Shown piece after piece: positions 40,801 to 54,595 of a DNA stretch of 64,000 bases. The translations under genes were made by a program, and so were the position numbers. The notes under the pieces are model-generated. The model was not told where the DNA came from. It was given only the letters and a program-made list of their open reading frames with translations, and searched no databases. The stretch lies in assembly GCF_006345805.1 (NCBI RefSeq), contig NC_043008.1, positions 57,598,001 through 57,662,000 of the forward strand, written 5' to 3'. Numbering within the stretch: position 1 is the stretch's first letter; every line of letters starts with the position of its first letter. The stretch is from Octopus sinensis. Taxonomy: Eukaryota.

Positions 40801-43800
40801 TGTTTTGATGTATTTTTTGTTTCTTTTTTTTTTCTATCCTGTTACTTTTTTTTTTCTCTTCAAACTGCATCATCATTAAAACCATAACGTTATTAATTGT
40901 CCAAGTGTTATGGTAGCTACTTCATTACCTCTGCCGTTTCCAGAGTTTTGAAAGTCTGATAATGCAGACCTTGAAGCTCTGAGAAAGCAAAAGGTTTTTA
41001 TTTACCCCATCCACACTATCAGGTGGAAGTCCGTTCCTGGCCAGGACTGACTGGTGTGGAGCGCCGCTTTCAAAGACCTCGAAAGAACTGGTGTCTAATC
41101 AGTCAGGATATGAGCAGCCAGTGCTGCTTGGCAGGCAGCAGCCGAATATCTGATAAATCAACTTGAAGATTGAGGCCGTCCCGGGAAACTGTGTGCACAA
41201 ACTGCAGCCTGAGTGTGATCTGTCTGCAAAAACAAGTCAGGTAGGTGTTTGTCATTATAAATTCTGGCCAATTTTTGTTTGCTTACCATAGTATTCTCCT
41301 GACTCTATGTCAGCTGTTTAATTTCCGATATACTAGCTATGTTCCCCCTAAACATATATTTGCTAGGTGTTACAGTTATCTTTACCCCATTTCCGAGAGC
41401 CAGTCTGCATGACATACTGCAACGAAAGGCAAATGTATGCAGTCGGATCGCAAGCTCATGTCACCTTTATTGACCCAAGAACGCCGCAGCAAATCACAAG
41501 CATAAAGTCAAAAGAAGGAAATTCTGGTGAGAAATATTTCTTTACTGGGGATCAAAACCCTTTTTCTAATGTTTTCATTATGAGTGGGTGCTGAAGAGTT
41601 CCTGGCTTTAAGGGTTTCACAAAAGGCCTAGTTGGGGGTCCAACTTTCCAAGTTCTTTTACGGGGCTAAGAAAAACTGAAGGACCACTGCAATAAGGGTG
41701 TGAATCTGAGAGGAGAATATGCTGAATAAAATCTTAATTAATTTCTTTTAACCAAAGCCAGGAACTTTTCAACATCGTGTTGTATGTTGAGTTGTTTGTT
41801 TTCTCTTTGTTCCATTTTGGTCTTGCTCCATTTTGGAGTTTCTATTTTGTGGCATTGGTGGAGTAATTAATTAGAAATACTTGGAGTATAATGTTAGGCT
41901 GAGATACATGGCATAAGATTTGTGAAGAAATAATTATATTTGGGAACTGTCTTGCTGAGGCCTGTCACCACAGCAAACTATCACCGTACCATTCTATGTA
42001 TGATATATGGACATCTGTTTGGTCTCATAAACGATAAGTCTATTATGTTCTATTATTATCTTTTATATTGTTATCATAGTTATCTTATATTGTGTGTATA
42101 ATTACTACTGCAACATTTTTTAACATGCAGTATATAAATAAATTTATGTAATTATTTAGATACAATAACTTTTTACATTAGAAGCATTAACTGTATTTTA
42201 TTGTTAATGTGCTTTGTTATTCCAGTCTGTTCTTCATTTAACTCTTTTATGTGCTGCTACATGTGTAAATGTGGCAGCATTTTGGCAACACACCTAAGTA
42301 TGTAGAACTATGGCTATATGCCTAAATGTATAGAATTTTGGCTACATGTCTAAACATAGAAAATTGTAGGTATATATCTAAATGCATAAGATTGTGGTTG
42401 TACATCTAAATATATAGAACTGTGGCCCTGTTCAAAAATATAGAGAGAGCTGAGGCTGTATGTCTAAATATAGAGAAGTGTGGCTATACACTTGAACATA
42501 CAGAACTAGGCATTTACCTAAATGTACAGAGCAAGGGTTATTCATTCTAATTATGTAGACCTGTAGCTATGCTTCTAAATACAGGGTGTCTATAAATTAT
42601 GTTTACAATTTGAAAAATTCAGAAAAGCTGGAAAAATGAGCAAATAAAATTTTATTAGAAATATCAGAACACTTCCATGCAGGCTCTGTTAGTTGCACTC
42701 AATAAACAGATACTGAAAATTGTGGAAGTTGTAAAGATAATTTGTGGACAACCTGTATGTGGAACTGTAGTTCGTCATCATCATTTAATGTCTGCTTTCC
42801 ATGCTGGCATGGGTTAGATGGTTATTTGTCTAAAACAGTGGTTCTCAACTGGGGTCCAAATGGCCCTTGAGGTTCCTTGTAAGATTTTGCTGTTAAAAAT
42901 TATGCGCAATAAATCACTTATACTTCTACAATGCATAAGATTTTTTTATGATTTTTTAGAATACAATTGCTTGTGGTAAGAAGCTTGCTTCCCAACCACA
43001 TGGTTCTGGGTTCAGTCCCACTGCATGGCACCTTGCGCAAGTGTCCTTTATAACCTTGGGCTGACCAAAGCCTTGTGAGTGGATTTGTTCGAAAGAAACT
43101 GAAAGAAACCTTTCATACATGTGTATGTGTGTGTGTCTTTGTGTTTGTCCCCCACCACTGCTTGGCAACTGGTGTTGGTGTGTTTATGTCCCTGTAACCT
43201 AGCAGTTCAGCAAGAGAGACTGATAGAATAAGTAACCAGGCTTTAAAACAAAAAAAAAAAAATTTCTGGAGTTGATTTGTTTGACTAAAAACTTTTTAAG
43301 GCAGTGCTCCAGCATGGCCACGGTATAATGACTGAAAAAAAAAATCTCTTGCTAAACTGTTAAGTTACAGGAACCTAAGCAAATCAATACCAGTTGACAA
43401 GCCATGGTGGGAGACAATCACATACACAATGACACACACACACACATATGTACATATATATAGGCATAGGAGTGGCTGTGCGGTAAGTAGCTTGCTTACG
43501 AACCACATAGTTCCGAGTTCAGTCCCACTGCGTGGCACCTTGGGCAAGTGTCTTCTACTTTAGCCTTGGACCGACCAAAGCATTGTGAGTGGATTTGGTA
43601 GACGGAAACTGAAAGAAGCCCATCATATGTATATATATGTGTATGTGTGTGTATATGTTTGTGTGTCTGTGTTTGTCCCTCCAACATCGCTTGACAACTG
43701 ATGCTGGTGTGCTTACGTCTCCGTAACTTAGCAGTTCAGCAAAAAAGACAGATAGAATAAGTACTAGGCTTACAAAGAATAAGTCTTGGGGTCGATTTGT

Positions 43801-44148
43801 TTGACTAAAGGCAGTGCTCCTGCATGGCCACAGTCAAATGACTGAAACATGTAAAAGAGTAAAGAGAAAGTGAGAGAGAGATATGTATATATGATGGCTT
43901 CTTTCAGTTTCCATCTACCAAATCCACTTACAAAGCCTTGGTTGGTCCTTGGCTATGGTAAAAGATACTTGCCCAAGTTGCCAAGCAGTGGGACTGAACC
44001 TGGAACCATTTGGTAGGAATTAAAACTGAAGTAGCTTCCGAAATTACTAACAGGGATCTTGTATAAAGTATCTTAATTTGATAACAAACTGGGACCAAGC
44101 AAAGCCAAGTTATTCTGCAATAAACTTGGAAAGTGAGCTCTTATACAT

Positions 44149-44232
<84 letters not shown>

Positions 44233-47200
44233 ATACAAGCTATGTAAGAAGCACAATAGCTCCTGCCTTTAAATATCCTCCCCACTCCCTTTAGTCTATT
44301 ATTCTATTGTTTGGGGGAGACAAACAAAGGCTTGTGACATCATTTGGTGTCTGAACACTCTGACCTACATAATGACCTTTTGGTTTCTGTTTGGGAAAAC
44401 TAAGAACCTGATTTATTCTTTGCTTATACAGTCAGCTGATTCAGTGCTTCTGATTCTATTGTGTTTAGTTCTGTTGTTTTTGGTTTTTTTTATTTAGTTT
44501 TTTTTTTTCTTTAGGAGCAGTTTTATTACTAATCTATTTCACAGTCTGTGAACTTCTGTTCAGTTTGAAAAAGAAAAAAGTGAAATAATAATAATAATGA
44601 TGATGATGATGATAATGATGATAATAATAATGATGATGATGATGATGAGGATAATGATGATAATGATGATAAAGCTGTGTGGTTAGGGAGCTTGCTTCCT
44701 AGCTACATGGTTTCGGGTTCAGTCCCACTGCGTGGCACTTTGGATAGCTGTCTTCCACTATAGCCCCGAGCCAACCGAAGCTTTGTGATTGAATTCGGTA
44801 GGTGGAAGTTACTGCCATGTGTGTATGTGTGCGTATAGCTGCTCAGTGCCTCTCCGAAAGAGAGAGAGGGATGATAATAATAATAATAATGATGATGATG
44901 ATAATGATAATGATGATGATAATAATAATGATGATGATGATGATGATAATGATAATAATAATGATGATGATAATGATAATAATAATAATAATCTAAATCA
45001 AATTCAATGACTGGCATCTGTGCTAGTGGAGCGCTAAGAGCACCATCCAACCGTGTTCGTTGCCAGAGCAGCTAAATGGCTTCCATGCCAGTGGCACATA
45101 ATAAGCACCATTCGATCGTGATCATTACCAGTGTTGCCTTACTGGCACTTGTGCTGGTGGCACATGAAAAAACATTCGAGCGAGGTTGTTGCTAGTGTCG
45201 CTGGACAGGCTCCTATGCAGGTGGCATGTAAAAAACACCATTTGAGCATGGTCGTTGCCAGTACCGCCTGACTGGCCCTCGTGCTGGTGGCACATAAAAG
45301 CACCCACTACACTCTTGGAGTGATTAGCATTAGGAAGGGCATCCAGCTGTAGAAACTCTGCCAGATCAAGATTGGAGCCTGGTGCAGCCATCTTTTTCGC
45401 CAGTCCTCAGTCAAATCGTCCAATCCATGCTAGCATGGAAAGCGGATGTTAAACGATGATGATGATGATAATGAATAATTCTTTCTAATTTTGGGGGCAA
45501 GGTCAGCAATTTTAAAAGGAGGGGATTCATTGATTACATTGATTTCCAATACTAAACTTGTACATATTTTATAAACCCCAAAAAGACGAAAGGCAAAGCC
45601 ACCGTTTGCAGAATTTGAACTTAGAATGTAATTAGTCAAGAGAAATGCTGCTAAGCAATTTGTCAGACATGCTAATCATTCTGTCAGCTCACTGCCTTAA
45701 TAATTGACCTATGATCAATAATAATAATAGTAATAATAATAATAATGATATAATAATAATAATAATCCTTTCTACTAAAGGCACAATGGCTGAGATTTGG
45801 GAGGGGGGACTAGTCAATTACATTGATCCTAGTGTTTCACTGATACTTAGATTGGTCATGTCTGGTAAGTTCACCGTCATCAATTCACTGCAGGCAAAGT
45901 TCACCATCATCAATACACTTTTTTTTTTTCAGTAAAGTAGTTTTTAACTATTGATGGTGGGATACTATAGACAGATTTTCTCAGTAAACTTTTCTCATGG
46001 GGAACTTTCTTCATGGTAAATTGATGGCAGTGACCTTTCTTGTAATCAAATTGGTTGTGAGACTAGTTGTTTGAACAAGGAACTAAATAAGATTTGGAAT
46101 TTTAATACATGCCAAGGGACAATAATTTCTAACTTTGTCACCAGGCCATACACATTAAAGGGAGGATGTAAACAGTTTGATCACCCCCCACCCTATAATC
46201 ATCCCCGCCACTCTTGATATTTCCTTTCTTTATAGCTGTGTGGATATGGAGTTCATTTTGTAATGCTGTAGTTTTAGGTTCAATTCCATTGTGTAGCATC
46301 TTGAGCAAGAATTTCATACCCCAACATCAGGCTGACCACTGCCTCTTGAGTGAAATTGGTTGATAAAAACTGTACAGAAGTGCATTGTATATGTGTGCAT
46401 AAATATGTATATATATATATATATATATATACTTTCTACTGAAAGCACAAGGCCATGAAACCTTGAGGCAGGTGACTACTCAATTACATTGACCCCAGTG
46501 TTTCACTGGTACTTAATTTATCGACCCCCGAAAAGATGAAAGGTAAAGTCGACCTCAGCAGAATTTGAACTCAGAACATAGCGGCAGATAAAATACCACT
46601 AAGCATTTTGCCCAGCATGCTAACGATTCTGCCAGCTCGCATATACATACATATACATACAGTAGTGGCCATAGTATAAGGGTCAGGAAGAACAAGTGTA
46701 TTGAAATATTTATCATAGAAGATTAACAAAACATTGAGACTAGATATTTTACACATACTTAGATATGTCTATCTATCTATCTTTTGTGAAAATTTCAAGT
46801 GAATGGAATAAATATTTCATAAGTTATAAGGAAATAAACAAATAATCTTCCAAACTGCAATGGCCAAAAGTAAAGGGTCACTCAAAAAAAAATGGAACAA
46901 GAACAAAAAGGAAACCCTTACTATTAATGTTTTGTGAACATCCCTCTACTATCAATGACCTCCTGACATCTGTTACCATGGGACTGAATTCTTTTCTTGC
47001 AAAATGACATAATAATAGTAATATTGTTCCATTCGTTTTTCAATAATTCTCAGAGATCATCTCAGTTCTTTGGATTTCTCCTTCAAGCCAATAATCTCCA
47101 GTAATCTTGCAAACGTTTTCTATAGGGTTGAAATCAGGACTTTGAGATGCCGATCCATGAGATCAACCCCTTCATCACTTAAAACATTTTTGACTCTCTT

Positions 47201-49835
47201 CACAGTGTGACAGGGAGCATTATAGGAAGTTGAACTGATGAGGATCAGAGATGTGGAAGGGCAATCTGTCTAAGAATCTCCTTGTAGATTTCAGCGTTGA
47301 CAGTCCCTTGTTGGTGAATAAGTGGACCAGGACCAGCAGCAGAGATCACTCTCCATACCATTATACTGCCTCCTCCCTATTTCACTGCCTTCTTCACACA
47401 TGCACGAAATAACCTTTCACCATTTTTGTCAGATGTACATCCTGCCATCGGAACCATTCACATTAAACTTCGATTCATCGGTAAAATGAACCTGCAACCA
47501 CTGTTCTTCTGTCCAAACAACATGTTCATGAGCAAGAAAAAAGATGGGCTCTTTGATTCTTCTTGGAGATCAGATGTTTCTTTGCCTGAGCAAGCAACCC
47601 AGCACCTTGTAACCCCTGAGAAACTGTTTTGTGCGATACGTTGACATCAGAAGTGGAGCTAAACTCGCAGGATATCTCAGCAGCACTCTTAAACCTATCC
47701 TTCAGTGACATTCTAACCTTAATACGATCCTGTCTTAGTAAAGTTTTATGAGGTCTACCGGTTTTAGGCTTAGCATCTGTCAATCCTGATGACTTAAAAC
47801 AAGCTACAATTCATTGCACAACACTCCTAGACCTTCCTACAGTAGTTGCTATCACAGAATTTGACTTGCCCTTTTAGTGAAGACACACAATCCTTTGTTT
47901 TCCATCACAGGACACCTGTTGTCTCTCACAAGCTGCCATGTTGTCAGTTAAATATTTCAATAATGTAAGAAATAATTGTTAACCCATTAACAGTCTTCTA
48001 AACAACAAATACCTCAGTTAGTAGTTCCTTTTTTCTAAGTGACCCTTAACTTTTGGCAGCTGCAATTTGGAAGATTGTTTGTTTATTTCCTCCTAACTTT
48101 CAAAATATTTATTCCTTTCACTTGAAATTTTCATGAAAGATAGATATTAGATATATCTAAATATGTGTAAAATATCTAGTCTCAACATGATGTTAATCTT
48201 TTATAATAACTATTTCAATATACTTGTTCTTGCTGACCTTTATTTTACGGCCACTACTCTGTGTGTGTGTGTGTGTATATATACATATATATATAGCCAT
48301 CCAAGAGTCAGGAAAAAAGCACTCGTATATCTGTCAGTAGAATGGATATATTAATCAAGGTGTAGAGTATTATATATCCATTATAGCCGATCTTACCAAT
48401 TGGTTTTGCACTAGGGGTTCAACTAAGTGGTAGGTAACAGTCCAATTATGCAACCCTCCACTCATCAGAGGTAGATGTTACGGAATGAAATATGGTGACA
48501 TAATGAAATTTGGTTGCCCATATTTCATTCCATAGTGGCTATCTCTGATGAGTGGAGAGTTACATAATTAGATTGTTATCTAACACTCAGTTGAACCCCT
48601 AGTGCAAAACCAATTTGTAAGATCAGCTGTAATGGATATCTATTACTGTACACTTCATTTAATATATATCATCTTCATCATCATCATTTGTTTTACATCT
48701 TTTTCCATGCTTGCATTGGATCAGATAGAATTTGTTAAGGCAGATTTTCTACAGTCAGGTGTGAGTGTTTACTTGCTGCATGTTTTCACATGACACCAAT
48801 GTCATGTTTGCATTCCCTGTAAGCAACACACCCTGTATGTATCCCAATGAATTCACCATACACAGCCCTGTGGGGTTTCAAATACATCACCCTTGAAACA
48901 GATAAGGGTTGCCAATAGGAAGGGCATCTGGCTTAGAGAACTACTTTAATGAGTCAATATGGAAAATGTAGATATAAAAACAATACAAGTGAAACAGTAA
49001 AGTACTCTGAAAAGAAAAGAATGAGATTTTTAACATTTTAACACAGAACGTACAAGGATGTAATTGAATATAGCGAGCTGTTTCTGTACCACTCATCACT
49101 ATACCTACTAGTTTTGATAGCTTGTAATGTTGCACATACAATATCTGTTACATTAATGATAAAAGTAACACAAGCCTCTGTGTAGTCAATCACATGCTAG
49201 AAATTTGAACCAAGTTGCCTTCAGATTGCTCCTCACAGTCTTAAAGGAAAAACGCTTAGCTTTAGATAAGCAATATTTGAATAACAGACTGGATTGGATG
49301 GTCAACAGTAACCTTATCATTTAAACATGTGTCCATATACATACATTGATATGTACAGTAGAAAGAATGAACAGACACACAACTGGTGTTAGTTTAGAGC
49401 ATGGAATGTACGTATTTAAAAATAATTGGTGAGTTGTTAGAACAGAGTGTATAGTAAAGCATAAGAGAATAAAAACATATTGTCAATTTTTCAGTGAATG
49501 AAGATATGCTGTTTGTGTAGTAGTTGACTATTCCATCTTCAGAGAAAAGATGGGGTAGATCTTTAGCGGAGGATTTTAGTTGTTAACAGTTTGATTGTCA
49601 TTGGATACAATTTTACCTGAACTCTAAATATACATTGATACAGACCCATATACATAGACAGACTCTTACAGCAGAAACAGATGTAGGCCAATGAATGTGA
49701 TGCATATATATATATATATATAGGTAGGTGGATGGATGTTCATATACATATAGAGGCATCTCCATGTACATGCAGACCAATAAATATCTACATAGTTAAA
49801 GCTTACATCCATATGCATAGATGTAGTTCCATGTT

Positions 49836-49880
<45 letters not shown>

Positions 49881-52800
49881 TATATATATAATATATATAT
49901 ATATAGGCAGTGGGTAGGGATTTTCTTCACTACTTGAGGGAATGATGACCCTGCCTGACATGAGTCCCGGGCTCAGCTGGCTCTGGCTGAGAGTACCCGG
50001 TATGGGTCCCTATCCAGGGTTACGGAAAGGAGACAACCTTCAAAGAAATCTGGAGTGGAGCCCCGTAGGTGGTTTAGTGTTCGACTTGACACTCTTCCAG
50101 CAACTCCTGCACCCAAACTGGTGCCAAACGTAATGCTCTGCACTCCTTTGGACTACGTCAGCAAGGTCGAGGGAGGAATCCTGACGACTGGGCTACCCAG
50201 GATTTTCTTACATCTAGCCCAGGCCTGTGCAAAACTGGAGATAAAACTGGAGAGGACATGAAATGTAAAAACCAGACTGGATTAGTTTATATGCAACTCC
50301 ATTGTCTCCCGAGACAAAAGGATGCCAACAAAACATATATATAGTTATAAACCCCATTACTGGTAGGTTTCATCAAATATCTGTTTGTGAAGTTAGCCAT
50401 TCAGGTCTATATATATATATATATATATATGTATATGTCCACTGTATCCATCAACCACTGAGATGAAGTATCTCATATAATTTTGAAGATAAAGGGTCTA
50501 ATATCAGTGGTTCTCCATGATTATGCCAAAGGTCAGTTTCTCAATTTTATTTAATCAATTAAATGGAGCAGGATGAAAGTACTCATGATATTTTCTGGCC
50601 CTCTCAGACTGCTAATATTGATGTAATTGATACCTGTTTGCCTTAGCTGATTATATACTAGTAGGTTAGTCTTGATTTTTACCAAGAGAAGAGTGTGTGT
50701 GCGTGCGTAGTGCTACAATGTCCAGCTTTGTAGTTCTTTGAATTCTGGAAGCTAGACACTCCAAAATGTAAATATCCATGAAAATTAGTAGTTACATGTG
50801 AGATTCTAATTTCAACCTGAAAGCAAAAACCAAAAAAAAAACAAAAAAACTATTGTTCATTGGACTTTGGTGATATTCTTCTTTTAGTTTATCTTCTAAG
50901 ACATATTTTCAAGGCTTATAAACTCTCTGCTGCCTCTGTGTGTGTGTGTGCGTGTGTGTGTCTGTGTGTCCAGAGATGGTTGGTATGGCTGTTTGAACAC
51001 TGGTAATTTGGCATGGCTGAGTGCACATTCAACTAGTTTCAGCAAGATTGCATTTTGGCCCTGGAGGCAAACATATTTTCACACACACACAAGCATATAC
51101 ATGCAGAAATATACACTTGCAGGAAAACTGCAAATGACAGAAAGATCGGGGGAGGGGGAAAGAGACAGAGAATGAGAGAAAAACTGAAATGAGAGAATCC
51201 TTAAAATGTCTGGTCTCAAATAAATCTGCATTGAATCAGTGACTGCAAAATGGTGATGCCAAAATATCAGTGCCAAAACAGCTGTGCCAAAATGTCTCAT
51301 ACATGCATTTGTGTTTCCATGCTGTTTTCCTTAATATTTATTTTTAGTCTATATAATTTATAAAATAACTGTTTCATTCTTCTTTTTTTTTTTCTCCGCT
51401 CTCTAGGTATTCGGTCAATCAGTGTTCGACACGATGTCATCACTCTGGGAACAGGGCTGAGTGTTGTGATATTCTTGGATGTACGTACAAAACAGTTCCT
51501 GGAAACACCGTCTGGGAAGCATTGTCAATTAGTTGTCAGTGAAGGTTGGACTGTAAGTACAAAAATTATTCTGTCTCTGTGTTCTATCAGAAGGTATCCC
51601 AAATATTCTAAGAATTTCTTGGTAAACCCCACAAATTCTAACAATTCATTATCATGATTCTTTACCACATTCCATTTATAAATGGTTTTTTCCCTTTCTT
51701 TTATGTTTCTATTTCAATCTGGAAACAATTTCCATTTCTGCTATTTTATCTTTTTGGCTTTTATATTTCCCCTTTCATCTTTTCCTTGTGTCAGTCATTA
51801 GACTATGGCCATTCTGGAGCACTGCCTTGATGAAATTTTAGTTGATTGAATCAAACCTCAGTACTTAATTTTTAAAGCCTGGTACTTGTTCTGTCGGTCT
51901 CGTTTGCTGAACCACTAAAATACAGGGATGTAAACAAACTAACACCTATTGCCAAGTGGTGTGGTGCAGGACAAACAGACACAAAGATACACACACACAT
52001 ATGTGTAGATATATATATGATGGGCTTCTTTCAGTTTCTTATTTCTTTACTACCCACAAGGGGATAAATATTGAGGAGACAAACAAGAACAGACAAATGG
52101 ATTAAGTTGATTATATTGACCCCAGTGCATAACTGGTACTCATTTAATTGACCCTGAAAGGATGAAAGGCAAAGTCGACCTCAACGGAATTTGAACTCAG
52201 AACATAGTGGCAGGCAAAATACTGCTAAGCATTTCACCCAGTGTACTAACGTTTCTGCCAGCTTGCTGCCTTCTTTCAGTTTCTGTCTACCAAATCTATT
52301 CACAAGACTTTGATTGGCTCGTGGCTATGATAGAAGACACTTAACCAAAGTGCCACACTGCAGTACTGAAGCAAGAACCATGGGGTTGGGAAGCAAGCTT
52401 CTTACAACACAGCAATGCTTGCACCTGTTATACATATAATTTATCTTCACAACAATATGTACTCCCTACAAAGCCATACTCGTTTGTACATACTAATTAC
52501 ACTTTTATTATTTTTAAGTCCACTCTTAAGGCATTGAGCAGGGAGAATCATTAACATACCAGACAGAATGCTCAGAGTGGAATTTCCTGTCTTTACATTA
52601 TGAGTTCAAATTCTAAGGTCAACTTTGCCTTTCAACCTTTCAGAGTTGATAAAATAACCACCAGTTAAGCACTGGGGTCGATGTAATTGACTTAACTCTC
52701 TCCACAAAATTTCAGGCTTTGTGCTGATTAGTAGAAAGAATTATTAAGTTCATGTTTTAAAGGTGGTGATCAGGCAGAATCATTAGCAAGTCAGACAAAA

Positions 52801-54526
52801 TGCTCTGTTTCTGTGAAAAGTGTGCTACTGTTTACACCATTGACAGAAAAAAGTGTTTTTTTCGCAAGTGTGGAACTTGAACCCACACCTCTATGTTTCT
52901 GCGACAAGTGTGCTACCATTTAACCAATATACCCACTCACCTCTTTCCATCAGATTTAAGAACTATAATTTTATAGAGTTGTTTTTTTATAAACAAACAG
53001 GCATGTGCCTTTTCTAAGCAGTGCTGAGTTTTACTATTCTATAAATAATAATATTTTTATAAGCTAAAAGCTTTGTAAGTAATCACTGTGTATTGACTAA
53101 AGAATATAGTCTAATATTGGGGCATATAAGCCCTCAATGGAAAAAAATGTGTTTTCTGTTCGCATGGGTCTTGAACCCCCAACCTCTATGTTTTCGTGAC
53201 AAGTGTGCTACTGTTTACACCATTGACAGAAAAAAGTGGTTTTTTCGTACGTGTGGAACTTGAACCTACACCTCTCTGTTTCTGCGACAAGAGTGCTACC
53301 ATTTACACCAATGTCAAACTGCCTAAACCATGCCAGCATGGAAAGCAGATGTTAAATGACGGGATGATGATGATCCAGCCGAATATACTTATAATGATAA
53401 TAATAATAATAATAATAATGAATTTATTGTATACAGTGCTCAGGTGCACCACAACTTGTCAAAAGTGCATATAAAGCATATGCAGTAATGTACAAATGTC
53501 TGGAAAGCGAACAATGTATGAGTCAGATACATGCTTGCGTGTGTATGGAGGGGAGAAAATCAGGTATAGTGTTGGCGAATCTCAGGAAGCATGGAAGTTT
53601 TGAAGGATGCAGTGATCCGACAACTAACGACTGATGCCGGCAGTTTGTTCCATGCTTCAGCAACTCTTAGCATGAAAAAATGTTTCTGAAAGAAATGAGA
53701 GCTGTGCTGTTTTCTGACTTTGTAAACATGTCCATGGGTGTTAGACAGGTGGAGTTTGAAAAGGTGCTCAGAGTTATTGTTTGTAAGATGGTTAATAATT
53801 TTATGGGTGTCTGCCAAGCCAGCTGCCAGACCATCTCTCTCTCTCTATTCAGTATACCTACTTTGTATTTACAGTCTGCCTTTCTGCCCTACATCATCAT
53901 TTAGTGATGGCTGGGGAGAGGTTATGCTTAATTGAGGGCACGTGGGTTGCTGAGTCAGCAGGGTAATGAACAACCAACCAATAGGTCAGATCAAACCTCA
54001 TTACCAGCTGTACAGTGTGTTTGTGATAAAGGGACATAAATCTTAAAATATTTAAAAAAGCTGCAAAAAATAATGACACAGTACATACAAGAGTAAATAG
54101 GAATAACAGAAAATAGTAATATGTAAATATTTAATCCGTTATTCTTTAATATTTGATATCATGTGCCAATTTGAGACATAACAATTCGAGTATTTTTAGT
54201 ATATAATATAATATAATATAATATATATATATATATATATATAGTAATTATTTGAGGGAATATTATTCCTAACTTACAGGGAAAAATTCAATTTAGAAAT
54301 ACTAAATCAAATTTCACAAAATATAATATATATATATAAAAATTAGAAAAAAACCACCTTTTATCAATTCAAAATGAACAATTAAATTACATCATCTAGA
54401 AAATTACATATAAAAGAAATATTAAAATTAAAATAACAATAATATACTGAAGATTAAGTAAATTGCAAAAAATAATAAAAACGTATATATTTGGTAGAAT
54501 AACAAATATGTGTGTGTGTGTGTATG

Positions 54527-54595
<69 letters not shown>

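Noticed and set aside
40944-41240. RNase P/MRP, U3 or telomerase RNA identity for the intron 5 island
   Set aside because: GAAAGTCTGA and GGAAGTCC pair locally, with no distal P4 partner, U3 boxes or telomeric template
50181-50204. CTGACGA-CTGGG-CTA-CCCAG-GATT, hammerhead-like
   Set aside because: GATT instead of GAAA, and no stem III or stem I
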